Source: a candidate division WOR-3 bacterium (lineage in GTDB: Bacteria > Hydrothermota > Tepidihabitantia > Tepidihabitantales > Tepidihabitantaceae). From it: a stretch of DNA of 64,000 nucleotides. The DNA lies in assembly GCA_039801365.1 (NCBI GenBank), contig JBDRUN010000002.1, forward strand, positions 4,411 to 68,410, written 5' to 3'. The notes beneath the pieces are model-generated. The model ran no database searches, had not been told where the DNA came from, and saw nothing but the letters and a program-made list of their open reading frames with translations. Below, in pieces: positions 39,287 to 49,402 of the stretch (the stretch's first letter is position 1; every line of letters starts with the position of its first letter). The position numbers were made by a program, and so were the translations under genes.

Positions 39287-40349
39287 GTATAGGCCGTATT
39301 CCGTAAGACTTCGTGGTATTGTCATTGGCGGCGGTGCGCCGGTCGTGGTTCAGTCAATGACCAAGACTAGGACCGACGATGTGGTACGAACTGTCCGGCA
39401 GATACGTCGGCTCGAACGCGCAGGATGTGAGCTTGTGCGGGTTGCGGTACCGGATGGACGCGCGGCCAGCGTTCTGCCCGACATCCGGGTGCGGACGCGG
39501 CTGCCCTTGTGTGCTGATGTCCACTTTGACCACCGGCTGGCGCTGGCTGCCCTTCGTGCAGGTTTTGACAAGGTGCGCATCAACCCAGGCAACATCGGGA
39601 GCCGCCGAAAGGTAGAGGAGATAATCCGCGCCGCGGCCGATTCAGGAGCAGCAATCCGCGTCGGGGTCAATGCGGGGTCAGTTGAAAAATCAGTTCTTGC
39701 CCGGCACCGACACCCGACCGCTGTAGCGCTGGTCGAAAGTATTGAAAAAAGCCTGGAGCCGTTCCAGCAGCTCGGATTCACATCGGTGGTGCTTTCCGCC
39801 AAGACAACGAGCGTAGCGGATACCGTTGAAGTTTACCGCCGATTGGCCCGTATCTTCCGCTATCCACTTCACCTCGGATTGACCGAAGCCGGGCTACCAT
39901 TTGCGGGCGCGATCCGCACCGCCGCCGCACTTGCTCCGCTCTTGCTCGACGGTATCGGCGATACCATTCGGGTGTCGCTGACCGGTGACCCGGTACTCGA
40001 AGTTGAGGCGGCGTACGAACTACTCGCTGCCCTCAGGTTACGGCATCGTGGGCCGGTTGTTTACTCCTGTCCGACCTGCGGTCGGACCCGGGCCGATGTG
40101 GCCGGCATGGCACGGCGTGTGCACAGGGCGCTTGCCGGAGTGAGGCGACCACTCAAGGTCGCGGTTATGGGATGTGTGGTCAACGGACCGGGCGAGGCGC
40201 GCGAGGCGGACTTCGGCATCGCCTGCGGCCGGTCCAAGGGCGCAGTGTTCGCGCACGGTAGGGTTGTGAAAACCTGTTCTGAGGACAAGCTGGTAGGCGA
40301 GCTGATTCGGTGCATCGCCGATGATGGCGACGAGGCAGTGCCGAAATGA
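39267..40349 (+). CDS. ispG: 4-hydroxy-3-methylbut-2-en-1-yl diphosphate synthase
   Basis: 'IGGGAPVVVQSMTKT' and the C-terminal Cys triad 'CPTCGRT...GCVVNGPGEA'. Confidence 0.9.
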   Translation: MNESERRYRPYSVRLRGIVIGGGAPVVVQSMTKTRTDDVVRTVRQIRRLERAGCELVRVAVPDGRAASVLPDIRVRTRLPLCADVHFDHRLALAALRAGFDKVRINPGNIGSRRKVEEIIRAAADSGAAIRVGVNAGSVEKSVLARHRHPTAVALVESIEKSLEPFQQLGFTSVVLSAKTTSVADTVEVYRRLARIFRYPLHLGLTEAGLPFAGAIRTAAALAPLLLDGIGDTIRVSLTGDPVLEVEAAYELLAALRLRHRGPVVYSCPTCGRTRADVAGMARRVHRALAGVRRPLKVAVMGCVVNGPGEAREADFGIACGRSKGAVFAHGRVVKTCSEDKLVGELIRCIADDGDEAVPK

Positions 40350-41815
40350 GTATCCGTCGGTGCTGTAACCTGATTCTCACATTTAGCATTGTGATTTCTG
40401 GTGCAGCCGCATACAGTTGCACCATTGGTGCATTCGGGCCCAGCGCGACTGCGGACGGGCGACCAATCTTGTGGAAAAACCGCGATGTGAAGAATCCAGA
40501 TCAGGAAATGCGGTATTTTGACCGCGGCCGATACCGATTTATTGCCAATGTCTATGCCGGTGAGACGCTTGATGTGTGGGCCGGGATAAACGAGGCCGGC
40601 TTTGCGATCATGAACTCGAACTCGTACAACATCGGCGGCAGGGCTGCGACCGGCCACAAGCCGAGGAAACAAGACATTGATGCTGACGACGGAAACATCA
40701 TGCATCTGGCGCTAGCAAACTGCTCAACTGTTGACGAGTTCGCCTCGCTTTTGGATTCGCTCAACAGGGTCGGCCGGGAAACACCGGTGAACTTCGGGGT
40801 GTTCGACGCCTCAGGCAGGACGGCAATATTCGAGGCGGCAAACACCTACTACCGACGCTATGATGCGGACCAGGAATCCCTTGGTATCCTGGTGCGAGCT
40901 AACTATTCGTACCATGGTGACACGATACGGCAGACCGGCCGCGGCCGCCACGACCGCGCCTGGCAGCTAGTTGCACCAGTCGCACGCCGACGTCAGATTA
41001 CACCGGAGTTTGTCATGCGAGTACTTGCTCGGGACATGGGCTCGGTGGGCTTCGACCCATATCCGCTACCTTTCTATGGCTGCGTCGGAGAGCTGCCGTT
41101 CGGACATGTGCCGGCAGGAAGTACAATCTGCCGCACGACAACCCGTTCGGCTGAAATCATGGTTGGACCGAAACCAGGGGTAAGTCCTGCAAGCGGTATG
41201 ATGTACGTCATGCTTGGCCCGCCTGAAACTTCAGTGCCAATACCGCTCTGGGTAAACGGCGGGCCTGTTCCAGAGCATCTGGACGGGCCGGAGCGGGCGC
41301 GCCTGTGCGATGAGGCGATTGCGCTTCGCGCCTACACGCGTTCGGAACCACAGTATCCAGACGCGGTCAACACGTTTAGCCTTTGCCGGGTGCTGTCGGC
41401 CGTAGCTTCGGCCGAGTCAATAATATTCAGCCGCGTGCGCCAGCTTGAGGCCGAAAGGCCGGAAGGGCCCGGTGCGGATGAGGCTGCCGCGCTTACTGTG
41501 CTTTCCTGCCGGCTCGCAATAGAGTCGGTTGAGAACTTCTGGGAACACTTCTACTCACCCAAATCAGACAGTGCCCCTGCTGGCAGACCAAACATCGTAC
41601 CTGCGGTAAGCCGGGGGAGTGTCGTTATCAGCCTGCCCGAAGGAATGCACCGGGTAAGAGTCTGCGATGCTGCTGGTCGTACCGTTGCTGAGCTCGTGGG
41701 CCGGTCCGGAGACACGCAATTGGTATGGAAACCGGACGGACTTGGAGCTGGCCGTTACTTTGTGCGATTCCCAGGCGCGGCCAGGCGTGCGGTCAGTTTT
41801 GTCTATATTCCATAG
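40346..41815 (+). CDS. Ntn-hydrolase family protein (C69/choloylglycine-hydrolase-like) with T9SS-like CTD
   Basis: Signal peptide followed by the putative nucleophile 'AAAYS-CTIGAF'. C-terminal 'VRVCDAAGRTVAELVG...GAGRYFVRF'. Confidence 0.6.
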   Translation: MSIRRCCNLILTFSIVISGAAAYSCTIGAFGPSATADGRPILWKNRDVKNPDQEMRYFDRGRYRFIANVYAGETLDVWAGINEAGFAIMNSNSYNIGGRAATGHKPRKQDIDADDGNIMHLALANCSTVDEFASLLDSLNRVGRETPVNFGVFDASGRTAIFEAANTYYRRYDADQESLGILVRANYSYHGDTIRQTGRGRHDRAWQLVAPVARRRQITPEFVMRVLARDMGSVGFDPYPLPFYGCVGELPFGHVPAGSTICRTTTRSAEIMVGPKPGVSPASGMMYVMLGPPETSVPIPLWVNGGPVPEHLDGPERARLCDEAIALRAYTRSEPQYPDAVNTFSLCRVLSAVASAESIIFSRVRQLEAERPEGPGADEAAALTVLSCRLAIESVENFWEHFYSPKSDSAPAGRPNIVPAVSRGSVVISLPEGMHRVRVCDAAGRTVAELVGRSGDTQLVWKPDGLGAGRYFVRFPGAARRAVSFVYIP

Positions 41816-41884
41816 GTCCGTGCTGGCTGTCTAGAAGTGCGAGGCCCGGCTGTAGGCCGGGCCTCAGTATACAATCGTCGGGTA

Positions 41885-44800
41885 TCAGCGGACGGACAGT
41901 ACTTTGGCCTGAAGTGCGCCCGAGCGCAGGAAGTAAACACCAGGGCTAACATCCGGTCGCCACACAATCTGGCCTTCGCCTGCGGGGAACGTCCGGGACG
42001 CAACAACCCTGCCCAGAGCGTCAGTCAACGTCGCACGGAATGCACCAGTATGTGGCCGGCTGAACCGGAGTTCGCCGGCAAACAGCTGTGGATAGACGCC
42101 AAACTTCGAAGGCCCAACCTCGTGCTCCGGACTACTGACGCCGACCGGCGGTGAGTACCACAGCGCCGCGGTATCGGATACGGCAAGCAGTTGGGTCACG
42201 GTCCGAGAGCCGCAGAGTACCCAGGCAAGGATTATGCTGTCTCCCGCCGGGATTCTGTGCGGCCCAGACGATGACATCGCGTCCCAGTTTGCCCGAGTCG
42301 TACCGGTAGTCGAGCGCAGAGTGCCGTTCATGAACTGAATCTTTTCAGCCTTGGTGAACCCGTTCGCAACGTAGGTCCACTCATTGATACAGTTGGCAAA
42401 CCCGGGCCAGGTCGGTGGGTAAATATGGCGGATGCCCATTGCCAAGGTTTCACCCGAAGCCGCAGAGCGAACATAGGCAAGGTTTCGCAGCGAGTCCGTG
42501 CCGGCGAAATCAAACGAATCATTCACGTTCCAGCCCGGGGTCCGAAAGTCGCAGCAGACCGCGGTGTACAGGCTTTCGAGCGGGACCGAGTCGGTGTTGA
42601 AGATTCGGTATTCGAGAATGACAAAGTCTTTGTGTGTAGGCCGGGCGCTGCCGTACGCTCGGTGCACGATGCGCACGTTTCTTGGCTGCGGATGATTTGC
42701 ATCAGTAAAGGTAGTGATGAGTTCTTTGTCGCCGAGTTCGGGCGGGTACACCGGTCGGACCGAGTCAACCATCACAAAGTCCTGAGGACACACGTGCCAG
42801 CCTGGGGTACCGTAAAAGTTGTCTGCGACCCAGGTTGAGTCAGTACCGAGCATGAAACTGCCGTGCATCATCGAAGCAGCCGACCACATACGGCTCTTGG
42901 GATAGATGAACCCGTATCCCTCACCACGCCACCGAGTCGTGCCGATGCCGCCGTTGCCGCACACGCTCAGGCAGTAGTCGCCGGTATCAAGCGTTGCCCA
43001 GATACCACCGCGGGAATGTGGCAGGCCAACCACAAGCTCGAAGTCGGAGGTCCAGTTGCTTGTGCCGGCTGCGGTCGTAAGCTGAAAAGCAGCCCGGTGT
43101 CCGTGCGGACAGTTGCGGTCAACTGCTACCCGGTATGCAGTGCCCGCCGCAGTGTCACCAGCGGCGATCGTGCCATAACTTGAAGTCGCATTGATCACCG
43201 TCACCCATGGCGATGTTGTCGTCAGAGTGCCGGAAACCGAGTCGGCCGGCATTGCGCCCCGATTGGCAACAACGCAGTACAAATCTGATTCTTCGTACGG
43301 GTCAAGCCGGCCGTTCGGATCAGCCACCCGGCTGCGCGCAATAACGACAAGCGGCGCATTCGAGCCGGTCTTGGTTCTGATGACCGACTGGTAAATCCGC
43401 GCGTCCTGGGCCGTGACCGTAATGCCAAGAGTCCAGGTGTCTTCGATCGTAGCAAGGGGAACATGAGCTGTGCCGAGCGGGTTGGTAACAGCCCGGCCGA
43501 CCAGTTCGCCAAGATGCGTGACCGCCACGCGCGCACCCAAGACTGGTTCGTCACCGCAGTCCACTGAAACCTCAAGCACCTGCGGCATTGCCGGAATCGT
43601 GTCTGGATGAGTAACCGCAAGTTGTTCAGGCGCGCTGCGCCACATTATCATCGTCGGGTCACCCTGGAGCGTGTTCGTGTACATTGCCCAGCGTGCGGTC
43701 ATCTGGCTAAAAGACTCATTGCGCAGGAAATCCTTTGCCAAGCCGTGCGCCCGGCCCTGGGTCATGCCTGCAAGGTAGTTGTGAAAGAATGCACAGTTCA
43801 TATTCTCGTTCGGACCCTGGCAGGGCGGCGCGCCCCAGCCGTAACGGGCGTTGAACATCGTCGAAACCGCGCCACCGTTGGTGATATTTATGAACTGCTC
43901 GCCCAGGCAGTCGGTGGACTGATCAAACCAGCCGCAGTCGCACGCCATCGTGTTGACGATGCACGGTTTGGCGACGTTCGTGAGCGAGGCAAGATTTGAG
44001 GTCGAGAAGGTCGAGCCGAATGCGGTCGCTGAACCGTGGCCGGCAAAATGGAAAAGATGCCGTCCCGCATTGACTCCGCTGATGACCCTGGAGGAGCCAA
44101 TGTTTAGACCGGAGTCAACTTCCCAAGGCCAGGCGGCATTTAGCATCCTGGCGATGTTCTGGTTCACGATGCTGCCGTGGTAGTCAATATTGGACCACAG
44201 TACCTCGCCGGGTAGTATCACATTGTTGAGATATGCGGTATCCGGACAGATTTCATAGGTCGTATCCTTGCGGAGAAAGTTGGCCGCATTCGTGGCGTCG
44301 TCCAAGGGCAGCCTTCCGACGTACACGTCATGGAACAGATCAACTGAATCGCCGGTCATCTCGCCGAAGTTGTTATTGTTGTTCGCATCCCAGGTGCCGT
44401 CCAGGTCCCCGAAGTACATGTCCGCGGGTACGTTGTAGGTGGAGTAGGGTAGGTAGCCATAACGCAGCTTGCAGTGCTGGGTATCGCCGGCAAGGATGAC
44501 GTACTTCAGCCCCTCATCTTGAAACTTCCGCTTCACCAGATTGCGCATCTTCTCCGGTACGTCACGACCCGGAAGAGAAATCGTATCGGTCCGCACGATT
44601 TCGGTGAAGTATCCTTTACGCATGAGCCAAGACCGGATGCCGGCAAGTGCTGGAGCCAATGTTGAGCTGGTGAACATCAGAACGTCGGTTTCCTTTGCGT
44701 CTTTCTCAACGGCCGGTGGTGCAAAATGGGCCAAGTCCTTAGGGTTTGCGACCAGCCGAGCCACATCCTCGGCCGCGAAATCGAGCTGGCTTGGAGTCAG

Positions 44801-45445
44801 AACCGTTACCGGCAGCGAATTCTCATGATAGCTCACTATCACCCTTGCCCGGCTGATGAGTACGAGTCGGCCTGATGCTGGAAAATACTCGAACGGACAG
44901 TAGAGAAAACCGGCAATCCGGAAACCGGCCTTGGACCCGGCTGGCACTGCGGTCAGCGCTTCAGCCGGGTACTTCGCCTCACTCGAGTAGGTCAACTTGT
45001 CTGGCTCCACGAATGGTACATCATTGAACTGGGACAATGGCCGCATCGGTTGCACCGGATAGACACTCACGCCCTGGGCCAGCTCCACTCGCTCAAGTGG
45101 CAAGACTTCGATACGTTCGACATCGGCTCCAGCCGGAATCAGCACGTTGCCGGAAAGCACCGGCAAGAGCGGCTTGCCCGGTTCAGTTGTCCACGTGGCA
45201 ACTACGCCTGGCTGGTCTGTTGTCAGACTCACCATTGCAAACCTGTCCAGTTGCTTCAAACCAACGTCAGCCGGTGATAGCGAAACCGTGACCGCTACAA
45301 CACCGGCGAACGCCTGACATGTGGCTAGAACCAGCACTGCTACTGCTTTCACACTACCTCCTATTCTAGACGCTTCGTGGTCCAGAAACGGCGCCCCTCT
45401 GCGAGCGACGGGTCTTTGCCGGTCACTGACGTCTTCTCCGGACAC
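41885..45445 (-). CDS. Large peptidase C25 (gingipain-like) family protein with T9SS CTD
   Basis: 'KYVILAGDTQHCKLRYGYLPYS...YFGDLDGTWDANNNNNFGEMTGDSVDLFHDVYVGRLP'. CTD 'GVYPQLFAGELRFSRP...GVYFLRS'. Confidence 0.8.
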   Translation of the reverse strand: MSGEDVSDRQRPVARRGAPFLDHEASRIGGSVKAVAVLVLATCQAFAGVVAVTVSLSPADVGLKQLDRFAMVSLTTDQPGVVATWTTEPGKPLLPVLSGNVLIPAGADVERIEVLPLERVELAQGVSVYPVQPMRPLSQFNDVPFVEPDKLTYSSEAKYPAEALTAVPAGSKAGFRIAGFLYCPFEYFPASGRLVLISRARVIVSYHENSLPVTVLTPSQLDFAAEDVARLVANPKDLAHFAPPAVEKDAKETDVLMFTSSTLAPALAGIRSWLMRKGYFTEIVRTDTISLPGRDVPEKMRNLVKRKFQDEGLKYVILAGDTQHCKLRYGYLPYSTYNVPADMYFGDLDGTWDANNNNNFGEMTGDSVDLFHDVYVGRLPLDDATNAANFLRKDTTYEICPDTAYLNNVILPGEVLWSNIDYHGSIVNQNIARMLNAAWPWEVDSGLNIGSSRVISGVNAGRHLFHFAGHGSATAFGSTFSTSNLASLTNVAKPCIVNTMACDCGWFDQSTDCLGEQFINITNGGAVSTMFNARYGWGAPPCQGPNENMNCAFFHNYLAGMTQGRAHGLAKDFLRNESFSQMTARWAMYTNTLQGDPTMIMWRSAPEQLAVTHPDTIPAMPQVLEVSVDCGDEPVLGARVAVTHLGELVGRAVTNPLGTAHVPLATIEDTWTLGITVTAQDARIYQSVIRTKTGSNAPLVVIARSRVADPNGRLDPYEESDLYCVVANRGAMPADSVSGTLTTTSPWVTVINATSSYGTIAAGDTAAGTAYRVAVDRNCPHGHRAAFQLTTAAGTSNWTSDFELVVGLPHSRGGIWATLDTGDYCLSVCGNGGIGTTRWRGEGYGFIYPKSRMWSAASMMHGSFMLGTDSTWVADNFYGTPGWHVCPQDFVMVDSVRPVYPPELGDKELITTFTDANHPQPRNVRIVHRAYGSARPTHKDFVILEYRIFNTDSVPLESLYTAVCCDFRTPGWNVNDSFDFAGTDSLRNLAYVRSAASGETLAMGIRHIYPPTWPGFANCINEWTYVANGFTKAEKIQFMNGTLRSTTGTTRANWDAMSSSGPHRIPAGDSIILAWVLCGSRTVTQLLAVSDTAALWYSPPVGVSSPEHEVGPSKFGVYPQLFAGELRFSRPHTGAFRATLTDALGRVVASRTFPAGEGQIVWRPDVSPGVYFLRSGALQAKVLSVR

Positions 45446-45833
45446 ACTGGATACAGCCTACGCTCATTTTCTCCGCCGTCAAGCAGTCGTTCCCTGATGG
45501 TACCATATCCCCGGTGGACATCGGACACCCGGTACCCTAAGCTGGAAACTCCAGGATGCAGGAAACAGTGGTAATTGCTGCGTGTCTGCTTCCATGTCAG
45601 AGCGGCCCGAAAGCTGATGTAAATTGGCAGCGAAACTACGAATGTCACGAGACGAAGAGGTAGGAACCACTGGCCAAACCTTGACGGACGGGCGCGCCTC
45701 AAACATGACAGTGTAGTCACGTAACGCCTCGGTGGTAGAAGTTGTTGCACTTTTCATGTACGTTGCGGCCACTTTGGCCCTGGCGAGCGATCGCTGGCTT
45801 GACTACGGGGGCGATTATGCTACCCTTTGGCTG

Positions 45834-45907
45834 GGGCCCGTAGCTCAGTTGGTCAGAGCAGCTGACTCATAATCAGCCGGTCGTCCGTTCGACCCGGACC
45901 GGTCCCA
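45834..45907 (+). tRNA. tRNA-Met (anticodon CAT); could alternatively be a lysidine tRNA-Ile2
   Basis: Cloverleaf: acceptor GGGCCCG, D-arm GCTC-AGTTGGTCA-GAGC, anticodon arm GCTGA-CTCATAA-TCAGC, T-arm GTCCG-TTCGACC-CGGAC, discriminator A. One C:U mismatch at 4:69. No encoded CCA. Confidence 0.7.
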
Positions 45908-46379
45908 TTCCCTGCCCCAAAGGTAAGTCCCCCAAGATAAGGTTGATAGCTCGGCACGCTTGTGTGCCGTTCGCGCGGAGAACGCTCTGAACGGACGGCA
46001 CACGCCCAAGACGAGGCGCGCAGTCGAATCGGCTGCGAGCAGCTAGTTCGTTCGCGTCAGACAATCACGGCTAGGGTGGAGTCGTTCAGAGAGAAGACCG
46101 ACAGCGTTTGGAAGGAGTTCAACTATGGATAGTAGAGTGTAGATACGTTGCTAGTTGGTCGGCAGGCCTACCACGCAAGCGCCGGTCGAACTTCTACTGG
46201 CAGCCCGCGACCGGATACCACCCACGGCAGTCATCCCACAAGAACGGCCGTTCGATGGAGCCTTTGTCTGAGGCGCACAGTGGCCAGACGGAGTTGTGGA
46301 GCGAGGCGACGCCGGGCAGGGAGGTGCCGTCCGACGCCTTGGGGCGGCTCCCCAAGGCACAGCTGAGAAGGCGACCCGC

Positions 46380-46708
46380 GTGACCTTCGGGCTGTATGAA
46401 GACCAGAAGAGGACGGTGGCCGAGGCCATCGAGATTGCCAAGGAGAAAGGGCACACGTCTGTCGATTCCCACGCTCTGTCGCTGATTGCGCTTGACTATA
46501 TGGCCAACCACCTGACCCGCGAGACATCACGAAGGACGTTGTTGGCTACTTCAGGCGGGTCGAGAAGCTCTGCGGGTTTCAGTTTCTGGCGGTCAACCCG
46601 AGCACGAATGAGATTGTCTACGAGTCGGAGGGACTCAGAGGGCCTGAGAAGACGCCGGACACCGGGGAGACCTTTAAGTCGACCGGTCTGAGCAGTTCTG
46701 ATGGATAG
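46380..46708 (+). pseudogene. Frameshifted hypothetical gene
   Basis: GTG 46380 to 'ALDYMANHLTRE' in one frame. The +2 frame from about 46527 reads 'DITKDVVGYFRRVEKLCGFQFLAVNPSTNEIVYESEGLRGPEKTPDTGETFKSTGLSSSDG*', with stop at 46706-46708. Confidence 0.4.
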
Positions 46709-47171
46709 GCACGAATCATCCCGGCATGAGCAGTTCGTTCGGGCGTGGGCCGCATACCTTGATGGCTTCATATTCGACCTATGGCTAACGCTGACATTCG
46801 CCAGACCACTCAGTCACGCGGAAGCCGAGGCAGCTTGGATTGAACTCAATCATCTTCTAAGACGTGAGCTTGGTCATCGAGTCGAGTGGTTTCTGGTCTC
46901 GGAGTTGCAGCCGAACCGGGGTGTAGTTTACTTCCACTCCCTGATGGGCCACTGCCAGTATCACGATGGCAGCAAGTTGCTACCGTCAGTTGTCAAGGCG
47001 TGGTGGGAGAGCCGCTACGGCAGAGCCAACATCGACGTCTACGACCCGGAGCGCGGCACACGATACTACCTCGCCCAGAAGCTCGCGTGGGACGACGAGC
47101 ACCGAGTCTCTGACGTGCTCTCGTCCCGAGGTTTCCGCAAGCTGGCGCTTGCACATGGGAAGGACTCCTAA
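46701..47171 (+). CDS. Hypothetical protein with HUH-like replication-initiator motifs (Rep-like)
   Basis: 'FDLWLTLTF' (motif I-like), 'VVYFHSLMGH' (degenerate motif II) and 'YYLAQKLAW' (Y...K motif III-like). Weak family assignment. Confidence 0.4.
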   Translation: MDRHESSRHEQFVRAWAAYLDGFIFDLWLTLTFARPLSHAEAEAAWIELNHLLRRELGHRVEWFLVSELQPNRGVVYFHSLMGHCQYHDGSKLLPSVVKAWWESRYGRANIDVYDPERGTRYYLAQKLAWDDEHRVSDVLSSRGFRKLALAHGKDS

Positions 47172-47846
47172 GCAGCTACCGCTGATGTATTACCTCTGAG
47201 GCATTACCTTTGAGGCATAACCTTCTCAACACGACCCGCAGGTAGAGGCTTGGCGGGCCGGTCGACGTTCGTGAATAGATGGGTATGCAGTGCAACCCTT
47301 GTAGGATACTGCTGCCAAAACGCAAGGAGACCGCACATCACGAGGACCATAGACGTAAGGACCTCGCTCAACACCTGCTGCCTCAAGAAAGGGAAGACCC
47401 GGCTAGGACCGGAACGCCCCAGACAGCAGTTGGTCACACGGGTGCGGTTCAACACGTTGCCGAGGAGGACGTCGGATATTCCCGTGGATAATAGTGTCCC
47501 ACCGCAATTGAACCGGGACATGCCCTCGGTCTGACAACCAAAGTCTCAGGACGACGTGTGGTGGCAGATGTGGACCTGCCGTGAGCACGGCCTGCCGGGC
47601 GCGGCGTCATCCTACCTCCATACCCTAGCTAGCGTGAAAGCAAAAGCTGCGCCCCCATAGAGACCGTAGAGCAAGGGGATGACCCCGAGCATCTCAATGA
47701 GAACGGCGACCCACCGCTTCGTGTGCTTCAGCGACAAGGCCTAGACGCCGAGCGCGATGAACAGGACGCTCCAGCCAACCGCAGCAACGGCTGGGAGCCA
47801 AGACATCTACGTGAGACGTAGCCGCTACGGACGATGTGCTGCGCCC

Positions 47847-48863
47847 CTACTTGGCTCTAATCGTGTCAACAGCACTCAGACTTTCGCAGAGGAAAGACTT
47901 GACGAATAGCAGTTGTCTCTCCTTTGAGCGCGAGAGAAAGTGTGTATCCTCTCCCTCCAAGTCCGCACTGATAGTCCACCGAATGCGTCGTCTCGCCCCT
48001 CGGCCTATCTCCCTGACATCGCCGCGACCCAAGGTTCTGGTGGTCTGTTCGTCGAGTTTGACTCTATCTGTGGTTTCAAACACCAATGTCGACGGCTTGT
48101 CCCAATACACGCCTAGCCAGAACTGTTTGTTATGCAGCCACCAGCCAGCGTGTTGCTGGCCAACGGTCGGCTCGGGGTCAGCATTTAGCTCACGGGCGGC
48201 CTCCCCCAGCATCGTGTGCAGATACCACAGCGCATTCACACCTTGCCTGAGTTCCCAGCCTACTCTCTCCTCTCTAAGAGAACCCAAGAACTGCTTCATC
48301 AAGAAGTCGGATGACGGCTTCCGAAGCGAGAGCTGTTCAAGCACGGCGGCAGGGTCAGCCCACGCCAGCCAAGCGTCCGGCTTGTGATGCAACGATTCCT
48401 TGTCGCCGCTCTTCGTGAGCAGCGTCAGCAATTTGGTCGCGGACCCACTCCGGTCTAGCAATTCCCGGTAGCGCCGCAGTTGGTCTTTATCCACAATCCA
48501 CGAAACCTTGACCTCGACGAGAACAAGCGCATCGGGACACCTAATGGCAATGTCAGGCGTTCCTTCTTCCTTCGAGACTTGCGTGGTAACACCCATCCAG
48601 GGGACTTGGGCGTCGTCTAGCGACACGACGCCGTCAGTGAGAGCCCTAATGACGCGCCGTGCGGAGTCGTGCTCATACCTAAGCAAGTGGCGGAGAACAA
48701 ACGCGAAGTCATCAGACACGAGGTTTTCGTCCTGACGCCACGCCCACCGGTGCAAGCAGGTGAGGACATTGTCTGGTGTGCCCACTGGCTCGTCTGCCTC
48801 TGGGTCGGCCGGCTTCTCGACCATCTGCCAGTCAAACGACGCTTGATGGGTGGGTGTCTTCAT
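47847..48863 (-). CDS. PD-(D/E)XK nuclease-superfamily protein (restriction-endonuclease-like)
   Basis: 'PDIAIRCPDALVLVEVKVSW' D...E.K core. No close family recognised. Confidence 0.45.
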   Translation of the reverse strand: MKTPTHQASFDWQMVEKPADPEADEPVGTPDNVLTCLHRWAWRQDENLVSDDFAFVLRHLLRYEHDSARRVIRALTDGVVSLDDAQVPWMGVTTQVSKEEGTPDIAIRCPDALVLVEVKVSWIVDKDQLRRYRELLDRSGSATKLLTLLTKSGDKESLHHKPDAWLAWADPAAVLEQLSLRKPSSDFLMKQFLGSLREERVGWELRQGVNALWYLHTMLGEAARELNADPEPTVGQQHAGWWLHNKQFWLGVYWDKPSTLVFETTDRVKLDEQTTRTLGRGDVREIGRGARRRIRWTISADLEGEDTHFLSRSKERQLLFVKSFLCESLSAVDTIRAK

Positions 48864-49322
48864 CGCTTTGCCACGGTCAACAAGCTAACACCTCCGGCTC
48901 TTGGTGCTTCCTGAACGGCACCGGCTTCAGGAAGTTCCTGGTCGTTGAACGGTCAGTCGGGTCCACGGATTCTTGATTGACTTGACAGTCGATGGCCGGG
49001 CTTCAGCCTCCGGGCCGAAGAGGTCGCTGCACATGAGTGACCGCGAGGGACCACACGCAACCCCGGTGCTACTGCGAGGCGCTCTCGTCTCACAGCGACG
49101 CATAGTCGTGGGCAACACCAACGAGGCAAGGCGAATGCCACCCTAACTCGCTTCTCCCCTAGTCCCGACATTGGAATCCTATTGTGGGCGAAAAGAAGCG
49201 GCTGCTTCTCTTCAGTCACCTGCGTCTAGTGGATATGCACAAACATCCCCCACAAGGCGAAGAGAGGAGCAGCCTTCTTTGTTGTAGTTCTATATCGGCG
49301 CTAGGGGGACGTGTATACAGGT

Positions 49323-49350
49323 TTGACACGCCTTTGTTGTGCCCTATCAT
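49323..49350 (+). promoter_or_regulatory. Sigma70-like promoter TTGACA-16-TATCAT upstream of the M28 peptidase gene
   Basis: Read directly. AAGGAG RBS at about 49388 before the ATG at 49403. Confidence 0.45.
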
Positions 49351-49402
49351 AGTTCTATGGTCGAAAGTCTCTTGCCTAGATGAAGAAGATAAGGAGTAAC
49401 CG

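Noticed and set aside
45790-45833. Promoter for the tRNA
   Set aside because: TTGACT at 45809 has no acceptably spaced -10, so no call was made.
47640-47800. Tiny hydrophobic minus-strand ORF with an in-frame TAG
   Set aside because: Too short and unsupported to call a gene. Mentioned only as part of the islet context.
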